Assembly: GCA_964016885.1 (NCBI GenBank)
Contig: OZ024740.1
Span: 143,592,001 to 143,656,000, forward strand
Direction of reading: 5' to 3'
DNA from: Eledone cirrhosa
Taxonomy: Eukaryota
Length of the DNA stretch: 64,000 nucleotides
The notes under the pieces: generated by a model
The model's database searches: none
The model's input: the letters and a program-made list of their open reading frames with translations, nothing else
Told to the model about the DNA's origin: nothing
Shown here: positions 1-12,600 of the stretch, one piece after another
Layout of the letters: each line of letters starts with the position of its first letter
Numbering within the stretch: the stretch's first letter is position 1
Position numbers and translations under genes: made by a program

Positions 1-310
1 TTGGAGCCCTCGTTATTATTCAAGACTGCTGCGTGTTTTATCTTCTTTACTACCTTCTTATTTTTAACAAAACATACTGTTGCCCAGTGGCCTTTCTTGT
101 GGCAGAAATTGCAAGTTGAATTTTTTGCAGGGCACTCTGATTTTTGGTGATATGTACCACCACACCAGAAACATTTTAATGAAGAAGCAGCGAATACGGG
201 TTGTGACGGCGGTTGTATTGTTGTTGTTGACAGATTTTGTGCGTCTTCTATTGCCAGTTCTAATGTGAGAGCAGTTTGGAATGTTTTATCTAGATTTTTG
301 AAACTCCTAC
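1..310 (-). mobile_element. Ty3/Gypsy gag fragment (zinc knuckles), continuing off the window start
   Basis: Minus strand reads KCFWCGGTYHQKSECPAKNSTCNFCHKKGHWATVC (CCHC knuckles). The duplicate at 58609+ continues into protease and RT. Confidence 0.8.
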
Positions 311-319
311 CTGTATCTT

Positions 320-445
320 GAATACATCACTAAACTCATTACCTGCTCTCATTTTACTGACAGCACCTTTGTACATAGCTTGCATGGCTCTCATGACCCA
401 CTCATCTACACCCAGCTTCCTTAAGGACCACCAGATAACAGATCA
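320..445 (-). mobile_element. Short RTE LINE RT fragment
   Basis: Reverse complement matches the WWxLRKLGVDEWxxRAxQAMY segment of the RTE copies at ~27250 and ~55870. Confidence 0.7.
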
Positions 446-701
446 ATGTATAATTCTCTCTACAAGTATTAAATGTGTTATTATTCTAACAAAAGTAGAA
501 ATCCAGTTTTTCTTATCTGTAATTCAGCAACAAGCCTTTTAAGACCATTTTCCTTGCTATATTAAGGGTTATCCCTTCATGGCATCCTTTTTGAGGCAAT
601 ATTTTACAGCCACATTCCCTTCCTGTTGAAACCTCTTTTAGTCACCTCTTACAACACACATGGTTATGTAAAATCTGAAAATATATTTTCATCTTTTATA
701 G

Positions 702-743
702 ATATATCAATGGTCAATGCAAAGCTTAACATTGAAGCAAATG
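702..743 (+). CDS. Ig-domain GPI-type surface protein, copy A, coding exon 2 (end of signal peptide and first strand: YISMVNAKLNIEANG)
   Basis: Acceptor ttttcatcttttatag, donor G|gtaatt, 42 nt, phase 1-1. It avoids the TGA that direct exon1-exon3 splicing would create and gives a VNA|K signal cleavage site. Confidence 0.75.
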
Positions 744-1189
744 GTAATTGTATTATAAAAATCTTTGATTTTAAAACCAGATGCTATCTTTTCTACTCTG
801 CTTTCTGCTTCTTTCTCATAGTTAATAATCTTTAGTCACTAAATATATTTCCTCCTTTGAATGGGCAAAATTTCATCTTCAGAGCCCAAAAGACAATAAT
901 GATTATAAATATGATTGTGATTATAATATTGATTGTAGTAATACAAACTGTTATCTTAAAATATCAATTTGACAAAACTGTAGAAAGTAACTAAAGACTA
1001 TTTAGTAAAAACAAATGTATATATATATATATATATCAGCAGCAGCAGCAGCACTTAACATCTATTTTCCCTACTTTTGAGGATTGAATAGGTCGTTATA
1101 GAATAAGTCAGTACTTAATTGAAGCCAATAGCCTCTCAACAAGTCAGGTATCACATCTCACTTACATACATTCCTGAAATGTACATGTT

Positions 1190-1570
1190 GTAACAGATGC
1201 ATTTTATCATGGCACCAGCTCTAGAGGGGTTTTTGTACCCTTGATAAAACTGAAGAGGCTTCACAACTCTTTGTTGGCCCAGTTTTCTATGACTGAATAC
1301 CCTTCCTATCACCAACCACCTTATAGAATGTACTGGCTGGTTTTCTCATGTTGCCAACACTAGAGAGGTTTTCATGCCCTTAACACAACTGAAGCGTCCT
1401 CTTGACCCTTTTTTGGTGTGGTTTTTCCAGCTGGACGCCTCTCCTATCACTAACCACCTTACAAAGTGTACTGACTGCATCTTTTGTGGCACCAGCACTA
1501 GGGCAGTAGTCACGGTGTAGTCCTACAGATGGAAGCTCTTCCTAACACTAACCACTTTGATGGGGGAGGT
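1190..1570 (-). repeat. Tandem ~135-140-bp units related to the RTE LINE UTR (second array at ~4190-4560)
   Basis: Repeated cttcctatcaccaaccacc...gcaccagcactagagagg motif, also found at 15030-15110 and in RTE UTRs. Confidence 0.6.
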
Positions 1571-2127
1571 ATGAAGGATGATGTATATATGTGCACACAC
1601 ATACATATTACATATATGAATACATGTTCAGAATTCTGTACATTTTTGGAGACACTTGTGATCTGTACATAAGTTGGTATAACATGTGAGTAATGTAGCA
1701 TGTCATCAGGGTCATGGTCCTTGAAAGACTTTCAGTTGTCTCCAATGGTAACATGACACAAGATGATTAAAACTTAAGGATCTGCTGCAATATCTTCCGT
1801 CTTCTTCGTCATTATGTGAGTTAATTTAACACCTGCTTTATCACTATTGAAGATTGAAGACAATGAAACGCATTTAGTCTGAATCCTCACCCTCAACTTT
1901 GCAATCTTTAAAGACCCTACTAGGAGGACAAACCTTCTGATGACATCACTGTCAAGGTCTGATGAACATGCAAGCTTCTCCACCACATCATAGTAGATCT
2001 CTCATTCAATTTCTCATTAGTTCTGATAATCTTTATTATATATTTTTACTTTTAATTTCCATTATAAATATATCAAAGCTGATAAAAACTTAAACTTAAA
2101 TCAATAAATTTAATATATCTATTTCAG

Positions 2128-2376
2128 GAACAATTTGGTTAGGGGAAGAAATAACTCTTAAAACTCCAATCACTGCTAATACTTCGGCTATTACATGGAA
2201 AAGTGAAGGAAAGAATATTGCATGTGACAAAAGTTGCGGTGGGAATGAAGACTACAAAATTACTAGGGGAAATGGTTCATCTACCCTTTGGATAAGAAAT
2301 GTTTCTTGGCAATATCGTACATGGACAGTTATTGAAAATGATTTGGAAACTGATGACTTCACTATGGATATAAATG
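2128..2376 (+). CDS. Ig-domain protein copy A, exon 3 (V-like Ig domain)
   Basis: atttcag acceptor, G|gtaagg donor, 249 nt open, phase 1-1: TIWLGEEITLKTPITANTSAITWKSEGKNIACDKSCGGNEDYKITRGNGSSTLWIRNVSWQYRTWTVIENDLETDDFTMDIN. Ig-like motifs GEEITL, ITW, STLWIRNV. Confidence 0.85.
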
Positions 2377-3749
2377 GTAAGGAAATAATTTCTGATGATA
2401 ATAATCATGGAGCAAGTATTTTATGGTGTTAAATCAAAGTCAACATTTGTATTTTAATGATTTATTTTCTATCTTGAATTGTAATATTTCTGTAATATAT
2501 AATAATGTGGGATAGTTAACTAAATGAACTGGTTAGATTAACCCCTATGTCCTTGTTCTAATATCTTGACCACATTTCCAATAATTAGGTGTCTATATTA
2601 CCACTTAATTGTTATATGGTTGACAATCTTTCGGTATCTTCTAATATCTTAATCACATTCCCAGTGGTCACTTATCTAATGTTATATAACCCCTATAAAA
2701 TAAGCTAATTTGTCAGACTGCCATATTTGTTTTAAAAATGTTTGTTTTTTGAAATTCAGATGTTATGTTGATTTTATTTATTTTTTTTTTTTATATAGAA
2801 TTTTAAATAATAACATTCTTATTCCTTTTCTATCTCTAAGAATGATTCCACATTCCTTAGTACAGATGTATTGGAAGGTTTTATCTCTGAATGGTTTAGA
2901 AATCATATAAACACAAATTTAGCAGTATGTCTTATTTTATATAGTTTTCACAGAATTTTGAATCTCATAACTTGTTTGGTTTTAATATTGCAGTGAACTT
3001 TGTATATTTTTTGTTAGCCATGTGATGTTATAGACTATTTCCAACTCTCCTTATTTTCTGATAACTTTTTCTTGGAGTTGAAAACTGTGAAAACAACCAC
3101 ACATTAAGAAGACCCGCTTAACATTTGCAGAGATAGGAGAAATCAATCTAAATATACCTACAGACTAACAAAGAACAGTCTGTCTGAGGAACAATTTGTC
3201 CTCTATATATGATTATATACACTTACAGACTGATGAGGATTCTTTGTTACTAAAATATACATAAAACAACTTTATACTGATATTATTCTTGTTTTTTTTT
3301 CTTTCCTTTTTTCAATTCTTGAAATGACAAAGAAATTGGTCTTATTTTTCATTGATCAGAACCTTTTTCCAAATTCTCACTGCAAACAAATCTATTGTAA
3401 CCAAATCTTGACAATACAGTGTGGGAATAAAGAATCTGTAAATTAAAAAAATAGCTTGTGGTAGCAATAATAATAAAGGCTTACCTTGCTTCCAGAATTC
3501 ACTTAGAGGAATTTTTAATAGCAGCTCTTTCATGCTAAACAGCTTAAAACACCACACTTTTCTGTGAGTCTCACACTCACATACACACGCAACCATACTT
3601 TGAAAAAAATTCTATGTTGAAAGAGGATTGGAGTTCTGTTCCTTCACTAACCTGGCACTATTTCCCTCTCATACTTCTGGCTCTTAACCCACAATACTAC
3701 ATACATTTTAAAAGACGGTATCATAGAAGCAACTAATTCATTATCGCTG

Positions 3750-4155
3750 GCAGGGCCTATGAGAGGGGGTCCAACTAGTACTTTGTTCTGGGGGCCCAAG
3801 ACCTAAGAAGGCCCCACAGCAACCATGCAACATCCATTTTGAGAATTTGCCTGCTTCAGAGCAAAATTTCTCCTGGAAGCCCTGATCGCAGGCACAGTTT
3901 TTTCTTTGGCAATTTCAGTATTGAAAAGTCTTCTAGTAGATGTTTCTCAAATGAGATGGAGGTGGGTGCAAATATTCTAAAATGCTGCTATTCGCACCAG
4001 AAATCAACATTCTCTGTTAACTGTTCTCTCTCATTTTCTGCATCATCATCATTGAACAGCCATTCTCCCTGGTAGCAAGTGTTGGACAGGTTATTACAGA
4101 ATGAGTCAGTGCTCAAGTAGAGCTACTGACCTCTCAGATGGGTCAGAGGCCCACA
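3750..4155 (-). mobile_element. Degenerate hAT-like DNA transposon remnant
   Basis: cagggcc...ggggccc terminal-type motif, and minus-strand PTSISFE..FSILK resembling the hAT dimerization motif. Confidence 0.35.
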
Positions 4156-4575
4156 TTGTGCTTACATATATTTCCATACTCTATAGAGTGCACTTTATTG
4201 TGGCGCCAACATTAGAAAGGTTGTCATGACTTTGACACTGCTGAAGAAGCCTCTCAACCCTTTATTTGACCAGTTTTCTATGACTGAATACCTTTCCTAT
4301 CACCAACCACCTTGCAAAATGTACTGAGTTTGTTTAATTAAGTCACCAACACTAGAGAGGTTGTACCTTTGACGTAACGGAAGAATTCTTTTGACTCTTT
4401 TTAACACGGTTTCTATGACAGGATTCTCTTCCTATTGCCAACCAAGTCACAGGTTGTACTGGGCGCATTTTTTGTAGCACCAACATTAAGGAGGTTATTG
4501 GTAATTGAGTTAACTGAAGATCCCTCTCTACTCTATGGGAGGGGATGTTAAAAAGGATGGTAAGTATAATGCATG

Positions 4576-4612
<37 letters not shown>

Positions 4613-4649
4613 TTGTATGTATAATATGTACACATGATATATTTTGCAG

Positions 4650-4747
4650 TGAAGCCAACGATTCATTTTGAAATCAAACCAAATTGTGACTACAAAATAA
4701 AAACGACTTGTTCTAAACCCAAGACAAATATAACATGTCTCTACGAT
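4650..4747 (+). CDS. Ig-domain protein copy A, exon 4 (first half of domain 2)
   Basis: ttttgcag acceptor, gtaagt donor, 98 nt, phase 1-0: VKPTIHFEIKPNCDYKIKTTCSKPKTNITCLYD. Confidence 0.85.
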
Positions 4748-6214
4748 GTAAGTAAATGGAATTGGGTTTTTACCTGTTTCTCTTCCTATCATTAACCTAT
4801 TCAATTATGTGCTAGGGAGTGGATTGCTTAATTTTATTTAAGGTAACTGGAGTGAGTAGGGTGTATCTTGCTTAGAGACACAACACAATTACTCTAGTAC
4901 AGTATTTGTAATTCTAAGTCGGGACATATCAGTTCAAAATGAGATTAACAAAAAAAGATTTGACTATGGTATTTTAAGAAATGAACTGAGCATCAAATAA
5001 CATTGTGACATTTACAATGTGGAACTTGCTTGATTAAAAGTTTTTTATCAGTCCAGTAATGAAGCAAAAGAATCATCATCCATCATATGTAATATTTTCC
5101 AGTATTTTCATGTGTAAGTACAACAGTGGCACTGATCCATGATCATAACAATCTATGAGCTGACTGAGAGCAATGTTAGACACTTTTGTCTATGTTGATC
5201 AATGTTCACTTGATGCCTAAAAAAACACATTTTTGAAGCTGTGCACTCCATCAGATTTTAAAAATGGAATAATTCCATAGAAAATGAGATTTACAATTGT
5301 GATTCATAAAGAGCGGGTTTTCCATTTTGTTTACAATATCATATAAGACATGGGAGGACTTTCGGGTTAAGTTAGAACCTGACATTTGATCAGTAAATGA
5401 AATATTTTGGCAAACTATCTCCTGACTTCATTATAAGAAGTCCTCCTCTACACCTGCTTTCAAGAACTTGTCTGGGGTTCTTGTTTCTGAAGAGAGGTGC
5501 ATCCTCATAAGCTAGAGAGAGTACTTTGCTGATCCTGGGTCACAATAGTTAATGTACATGAGTAGTGTCTAACCTTGCGAAGGCTGTGGTCACCAGAGCA
5601 ATTAAAGTGCTCAAATGTGGCAAGGCCTCTGAGGAAGATGAAATTGGGCCTGAGGTTTAAAACCTTAAATAGAAAAGGTATGTTCTGGCTGATTCATGTG
5701 TTAGGTGGCCTGAATCTCTGTGAAGGCACCAAAGCACTAGCAGCAGGGAGTGATACAATTTTAGAAGAAGTGAGATTGCTCTAATTATTTGTTGTTAACA
5801 CAATATAAACTATAATAAAGTAAGAAGCGCGGGATTGCTTAGTAAAATAAGTTGGTTTACTTTGAATAAATAATGAATGAATATTACATAATTTATCTAC
5901 TAAATTTCGTGGCTGTTCATTAAATATATTTTATTATTTATTTAAAGATTCGCTTCTTTAAAATTTTCAAATGTAAACACTTCCGATCGCTTAAATAAAT
6001 ACTCATATATTTCCTTCACTAATTTTCTCCTAATGCAGTTTATATATAGTATCGTCTTTTTTAATGTATCATGGATTACATTACTGATTAAATAAGACAG
6101 TGTAATACAGTCTTCGTTCAATTTCTGTGTATATTGTCAATTACGATTTTATTTGATGTATCATATCTACATGCATATATACTTGCGTAAAATATCAATA
6201 TACACACTAAACAT

Positions 6215-6254
6215 ACTAGCAGAAAACCACCCGAAGGGTGGTTTTTCTGCTAGT
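6215..6254. repeat. Near-perfect 40-bp hairpin with CTAG at both ends (Helitron 3'-end-like)
   Basis: actagcagaaaaccaccc-gaa-gggtggtttttctgctagt. Confidence 0.7.
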
Positions 6255-6349
6255 TTATTTAATGAATATGATTTACAGAATAAACAAATCAATAGAAATT
6301 AATTAGAGAAAGAAAAAACAAAAAAACAAGAGAAGATGGGTACACTCAA

Positions 6350-6830
6350 TTGCATGCTACAACAGGGAATGTTCGTATTTCCCTAAAACATTTTGAGGTA
6401 ATCAAGACACTCATGACATTGCTGCTGGAATAGCCAAGCACTCTTATGAGCATCACCTGATACTTCAGTAAGATGAGCTGCCAACAATGACAAGAACCTT
6501 ATTGTCAGCAACCCTGCTACCACCAAATATTTTGAATGCTTCAGGCTGAAACATGGATTACCAATAATTCACTGTATTTCAGAATTTTATTTCGTTTGGC
6601 TATGGTTGCAGTGACCCCCATTTTTTCTGCAGCATCTAATATATGAGGAGCAAAAGCATCACTGACTGTGGTGCCCCATAAGATGCATCTACTTTTAGCC
6701 TGAGGGCAAAGAGTAAGACGAATGAGCCTCTTTCCATTAACCCTGGACAGTCCATTTCTAATAGAATTTGGAATTTCAAAATATTTTCCACTTACTATAG
6801 CTAATCTTCCAGCTCTAATCATATCATCTA
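6350..6830 (-). mobile_element. CRE-clade non-LTR retrotransposon 3' fragment (restriction-like endonuclease)
   Basis: ORF 6541-6822: GLSRVNGKR..LTLCP.AKSRCILWGTTVSDAFAP...KILKYSEL, matching the CRE RLE region. Related fragment at ~22140-22400. Confidence 0.65.
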
Positions 6831-6949
6831 GATAGAAAAATATATTTACTATTATCGATGGGGGATGGGGCTGGAGTGTTGTAACACTTTTCTGCTTGTT
6901 CGAGTTTAGGGTGGGGGGAGGTAGTGGATTAGCTAACCTGCTTCTGCTG

Positions 6950-8330
6950 CATGCATTCTACTTGCATGAGAGGCGAGTTCTTCATATTACAGAATTTTTC
7001 TCAGTCCTGGATCATCTCCTTTATGGGATTTAACTGCATGAGGTCGGCCTTTATGACACCATCTCATCACAGAATTTCCTAGGTCTTCCTCTTCCAAGGG
7101 TTCCTTTGACTTCAGGAGCCCTACATTTCTTTATGCAGCTGTCATCCTTCATACATATTACATGTTCATACTATCGCAATTTCTTCTCATGAACACTACA
7201 CATGATGCCTCTTATGCCCAGCTTTACTCTTAGCTCATTGATATTTCATCGCTCTTATATATTACTATTATACATTCATCGGAGCATGCTCATCTCATTT
7301 CTTTCCAATCTTTGTAAGTCCTCCATACACAAAGCCAAAGTCTAACTACAATGTAGCATTGCTGTTCGTACACAAGCAGCATACAGTCTGCCATTCACTC
7401 TGAGGCAGAAACCTTTTGTAGCTAGCAGTGACAGTAGCTCCCTGACTTAACTTTTTCCAACCAGTCCTTATTCTGGCTACTGTACTTTCAGAACACCCAT
7501 TCCCACTACGAATTTGATCCTCTAGATAGCAGAAACTATTGACTATTTCTAGGAAGCCCTCTGAACATTTAATAGGGCGTTTCATGTGTGCTCTTGTTAC
7601 TTACTGCTTCTGTGCATTGGTTACATACAAAGCCTACATTTTTAACCTGGTGTAAAACCAAACTGCATCTTGTCTATGTTAATTCTATCCTGAATTAGTT
7701 GTGCAATAACTATTTCAGTAACTTTCATGACTTGGTTCATCAACTTGATGCCTCTTTAGTTTCCTCTGTCTAGTGTGTCTCCTTTGCCCTTGATGCTGCT
7801 ATGCCAGTCATTAGGTATGACACCATCCTGTATTACTTGATTTACTATGCACATAGTGTGTGCCCCACTCAACCAGATACTTTTGGCATCTGAGCTACTA
7901 TCCCTGATGGCCCAGCTGCTTTACTTGTCTTCATATCCTTCATTGCCTTACTTACTACACAGTTGCTAACTTGGCTGACCAGACCCTCTGTTGAATCTGC
8001 TTGAGGCAGGCCTTCTTTCTTCTCAGCAACAATGAGGGCAAGTCTACCACTGTCATTTTGGACACAATTCTCCCCAACAACATCTTGATTTTTCCCTCAC
8101 ATCTTGCAATCCTGAACACCTCATGCCTATGGTCCCCACAGTGCAGAACATGCACACATTTCTTGTTTTCTGCTTTCCTCCTTCCTAAGTATACCTGTCA
8201 CTTGGCTTCTCTTCTACCATCTTGATACTGTTCTCTGCTTCCCCCATTTTGCCAATCTTTCCATGTCTGTTTCTTCTAACTGTCTTATCTACCCTTCTAT
8301 TCCTCCACCATGTCACTCTCTGGCATCCAG
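6950..8330 (-). mobile_element. Degenerate, internally deleted RTE LINE
   Basis: Minus-strand peptides HEVFRIAR, GCSESTVARIRTGWKK homologous to the RTE ORFs at 12757-14975. Confidence 0.85.
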
Positions 8331-9945
8331 GGGCCTTGTTTTGAAGTATATGGGGACAGGGAAGGTTCTGTGGTATGAGTTAATTGGATTTGGTGCCTGG
8401 GATGTAGTGAATTTGCATGGCATTTCAGTCATATTTCTGAACATGGTGTGGTACTTCAGCCCCTTTTCTAAAATGATCTACCTCATTTATATCGCTTATC
8501 CAGATTGATCAGACAGAAAACTGTTGGTGGTGGAAAGGGGATGGAAGAGAGGTTTCTGATGAGGTTTAGGGAAGAGGAGGAGAATAGAATTTAGGAAAAG
8601 AAAGATGGCAAACATGGCTAAAATAGAACAGGACAAGAGAGATCTGAAGAAGTAAATTTTAGGGAAGAAAGATGAGATAGATTGAAAACAGCAAGCAAAA
8701 ATAAAATGAAATATTTATGAACAATACAAGAGAGAGAGTGAGAAATGAATTGTAGGGAAGGAAGAAAAATGAGAAATATATAATGTATATGGCAGAATTT
8801 GCAGAAAAGAGGAGAATAGGATTTAGGAAAAGAGAGATAGCAAACATCACTAAAAATAGAATATTCATAAGATATAAGCTTTAAGGAAGAAAGATGAGAT
8901 AAGAAGAAAATATATACTGTATATACTCAAATATAAGCCACCACCACCCCTATTTTATGTCTGAGAAATGAGCAAAAATCCAACTGATCAACACATTATG
9001 TTTAGATAGAATGGTTTTGAAATTCTCGTGATTATAAAATATAGTTACAAAGTTTTAATATTTTGATGTTTAAAATATAGTTTTTGTTTCACACCTCCAT
9101 TGGGTAATGAGTTTCCATTACGCTAAGTTTCAACAAGTTTCTCAAATGTTTGTTTACTTCTGGCCACTCACATGCTACAAGTACTTTGAAAGCAAGAAAT
9201 CAACTAAGAAAGCATTGTATTAGAATAGAAGAAGGAGGGGGTGACAGCAAGTGAGAGATGGCAATAAAATAATATTAGAAGAAAGATTTCAATTTTACAG
9301 AACATTGAAAGAAAAAGTATTATTAAGTCAGAGAAAAACATGTATGTGTGTGCACATGTGCATATGTAATTCTGTATAAGATATTTATGTATTAAAAAAT
9401 TTAAATTATAAAACTTTGTTGGAAATATTTTCATGGGAATGCATAAAAAACACTAATGATGATGTAAATGAAGCAAAACAGTTTCATTGTAAAATAATCA
9501 CTCCATATATTTTAACACCTTATTTCTGGTGAAAATCAGCAAAATATAAGCTGACACCCATTTTACCATTGATTCTTTTTGTCACATATTTATTAGCTTA
9601 TATTCAAGTATATATGGTATATGTGACTGTGTTTGAAGGAAAAGGTGAGGGCTTACAAGAATTAGTCACATAGTGTTATGTATATGCGGATGAAGTACAG
9701 AGGATATTATATGTAATATATTCTTGATTTGTGTAATGTTTATATTTTGGTTTAATGAAATTAAGCTATATCGTCAAGCACTTATTTCAGAATATTTGCA
9801 AGCTCTTTTAGTAATGGGGAATGAACTTTGACACGGGATTGGGGATCAAGTTTCATGTGACAAGGCCTAGTTTCAAAAAGGGATTTATATCATGTTGGTA
9901 TCCTCTATATAGAAATATGTATAATGAGTGTTCTACCACATTCAG

Positions 9946-10031
9946 ACTATAATCACTGTACTATGTCCAGCTCCACCACTTGTTCTGTTACCAATATAAC
10001 AGAACTTATCAATAATATAGAAGATATCATT
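9946..10031 (+). CDS. Candidate alternative (exon-4-like) exon
   Basis: cattcag acceptor, gtaagc donor, phase 1-0, open: DYNHCTMSSSTTCSVTNITELINNIEDII. Shares C...TTCS...TNIT with exon 4. Confidence 0.35.
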
Positions 10032-10451
10032 GTAAGCCTTGCATGTGTCATAGTTGAAATTATGGTAACTTTCCAGATTGTCTCAATAATGTTATACCTT
10101 ATGACTGTTTGAACAAGCTAAGTAACTTAAATAGAAATAAATTAAGTATTAAATGTAATAAAGTAAAAGTTTAGTCCTTGAAAATTAGTTACTGGGGAAA
10201 AATCATTTGAGCCAGTCAAAATCTCACAAAAACTTTGAAATTCACTTTTATCATTTATTTATTGTTGTCAAACTTTTCCTTGCATTGATTATGACCAAGT
10301 TACTGACACAGTTTCACTGATAAATATAAAATGAATTTAAGTTTCTTAAGTCTCAACACAAGCTCAATCAAGTCACATACCAACCAAGTACAACTCTGAA
10401 ATTAATAATGATTTCTTTAAATATTCTTTTTTATTTTACTTTCTTTCTCAG

Positions 10452-10617
10452 AAAGATCTGAAACTTACACACGAATCTGAACCTTGTAATAATCGAAGTA
10501 GTAAATTAAACCCTCCTGATGTAAAGTTAATACACCAATCAACTACACCTGGGAAAATCAAATGTGATGTCCATCTTGATAGTCTTTTACTGTTTACTGT
10601 AAATAAAGAATTTGAAT
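10452..10617 (+). CDS. Ig-domain protein copy A, exon 5 (second half of domain 2)
   Basis: Long polypyrimidine tract ending ttctcag, T|gtaagg donor, 166 nt, phase 0-1: KDLKLTHESEPCNNRSSKLNPPDVKLIHQSTTPGKIKCDVHLDSLLLFTVNKEFE. Confidence 0.85.
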
Positions 10618-11071
10618 GTAAGGGCATGATTTTATCATTTTTATAAATAATATTGGAAATTGTTTTCAAATGTTCTTTGTTTAGATATATTCACTTCTTA
10701 GAATCTGCTCCCACCATCACTGTACTCCCCCAATTCCACCCCTTCCACTCATCACCCTGTCAAACCCCAGCACACCTATCTTATACCCATAACATATTCT
10801 CTTCACCTTTTTACTTCCTCACATCACCACTTGAAGCCAGGCATGGAACCTGTCACTCTCCACCTCTTGTCACCTATGATATACCTAATATCCTTTTTAC
10901 ATCCTTCATCGTCTCTCCCCAAATAAGTTGAGTGATTGCATAAATGCTGCATCATTGGCTCTAAAGGACTGTAGCATTACTTCTTCACATGAAGGTAACT
11001 TAGACAAACTATAACCACTTGATTTCTTGCAGCTATTAAATAAATAACAATATATTGGTTTTCTTTTGCAG

Positions 11072-11241
11072 GCACTAGCTCTTCAGTGAAGCCTCTTACT
11101 ACAATGACAGAGGATATTACTACAATGACACCTTTTACAATATCGTCTATTTCGGGTAATAGTGCAAAATCATGCATTTCCAGAATTTGGATGGAACTTA
11201 TTATTGGGATCATCATTACTGTTATCTGTTTAAGATATTAA
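11072..11241 (+). CDS. Ig-domain protein copy A, last coding exon (Ser/Thr stalk and GPI-like signal, stop)
   Basis: ttcttttgcag acceptor, phase 1: CTSSSVKPLTTMTEDITTMTPFTISSISGNSAKSCISRIWMELIIGIIITVICLRY*. Small-residue omega region (SGNSA), spacer, hydrophobic end, no cytoplasmic tail. Confidence 0.85.
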
Positions 11242-11654
11242 AAAGTAATAGATAGAGATGGTATGTATTATCCACTATTTTTTTGCATGAATTTGATGGG
11301 TTTTCACCCTCACAGCTTACTTTCAACTTGCTCCAACAATTTGAGATCAGCATCTCACCACTTCAGTCAAAGTCTTCCTTAGTCTTCTCTTCCACATCTT
11401 TCTTCCTTGGATTCTCTTAGTTCTTCTTGACCCAACGATCATTATGCATCAGCATCACATGTCCTTACCAGTGCAATCTTCTCTCTTGCACATTTGATTC
11501 AACTTATGCCCAGTTTTTCACTCAATTCATTTGTGCTTCATCATTCATGCATACTAACATTACACATTCTTAAAGAGCATGTTTGATTTGTTTCTCTGCA
11601 GTCTTCACACATTCTCTGTATTCACTGCCCATGTCTTACTACAATGCTGTATCA

Positions 11655-12160
11655 CACTTAAGAGACGTGCAACCAAGCAAATACCCTCCATCAGGCATCT
11701 ACCATACTCTGAATGCCTTGCTTCCCTGGGCATGGATACATTGAAGCTCCGACGTCTGGCAATTGACTTGGTAAACACCCACAAAATTATTAACCATCTG
11801 AGCACCTTTTTGATTTCCTTTTTGTCTAACACACATGGGCATGCCTACAAAGTCAGAAAACAGCACAGCTCCCATGACTTTCGGAAAATTTTTTTCATGC
11901 TCAGAGTTGCTGAAGCATGGAACAAACTCTGCATCAGTTGTTAGCTGCCGAGACACAACATGCTTTAAAACCTCCATGCTTCCTGAAATTTGCCAACACT
12001 ATACTTGATATCCCTCCTCCATACACATGCACACATATATATCATGACTCATACACTGTTCACTTTCCTGGCATTTGTACATCATTTTATGTACTATAAA
12101 TGCACCTTTGATGAATCGTAGTGCACCTGAGCACTGTACACAATAAATTCATTATTATTA
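11655..12160 (+). mobile_element. CR1-like LINE 3' fragment
   Basis: RRATKQIPSIRHLPYSECLASLGMDTLKLRRL...THGHAYKV...FFMLRVAEAWNKL, with an (att)n tail. Confidence 0.85.
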
Positions 12161-12221
12161 TATATATATAAGGGCGGTGCCCCAGCATGGCCTCAGCCGG
12201 ATGGCTGAAACAGGTAAAAGA

Positions 12222-12600
12222 GTAATATAATGAAATTATTGTGTGAAGTGCTCAGGTGCACTACAACTCGTCAAAGGTGCATGTATAGTACATAGAATAA
12301 TACATAAATGTCAGTGAAGTGAATAGTGTATGAGTCATGATATACATGTGTGTATTTGTATGGAGGGGGAACATTAGGTGTAGTGTTGGCGAATCTCGGG
12401 AAGCATGGAGGCCTTAAAGGATGCAGTGTCTCGACAGCTAACAACCGATGCAAGTAGTTTGTTCCATGCTTCAGCAACTCTGAGCGTGAAAAAATGTTTT
12501 CGAAAGTCATTGGAACTGTACAGTTTTCTGACTTTGTGGGCATGTCCACGTGTGTTAGACACATGGAAATCAAAAAGGTACTCAGGGTTGTTATATGCAG
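12222..12600 (-). mobile_element. CR1-like LINE 3' fragment, inverted relative to the previous copy
   Basis: NTRGHAHKVRK...HFFTLRVAEAWNKL on the minus strand. Same family as 11655-12160. Confidence 0.85.

Larger units (their letters stand above)
1..5403. repeat. Segmental duplication copy A (matches 58609-64000)
   Basis: Base 1 (ttggagccctcg) aligns to 58609. The ORF track is repeated with an offset of about 58,600. Only scattered SNVs and microsatellite length differences. Confidence 0.98.

Noticed and set aside
1736-1747. 12-nt micro-exon (ttgtctccaatg) as linker between the signal and Ig exons
   Set aside because: Weak splice signals. Exon 702-743 has better signals and gives a proper cleavage site and first strand.
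11180-11241. C-terminal hydrophobic stretch as a signalling transmembrane domain
   Set aside because: The hydrophobic run is short and ends 2 residues before the stop, with no cytoplasmic tail. A GPI signal fits better, though this is unverified.
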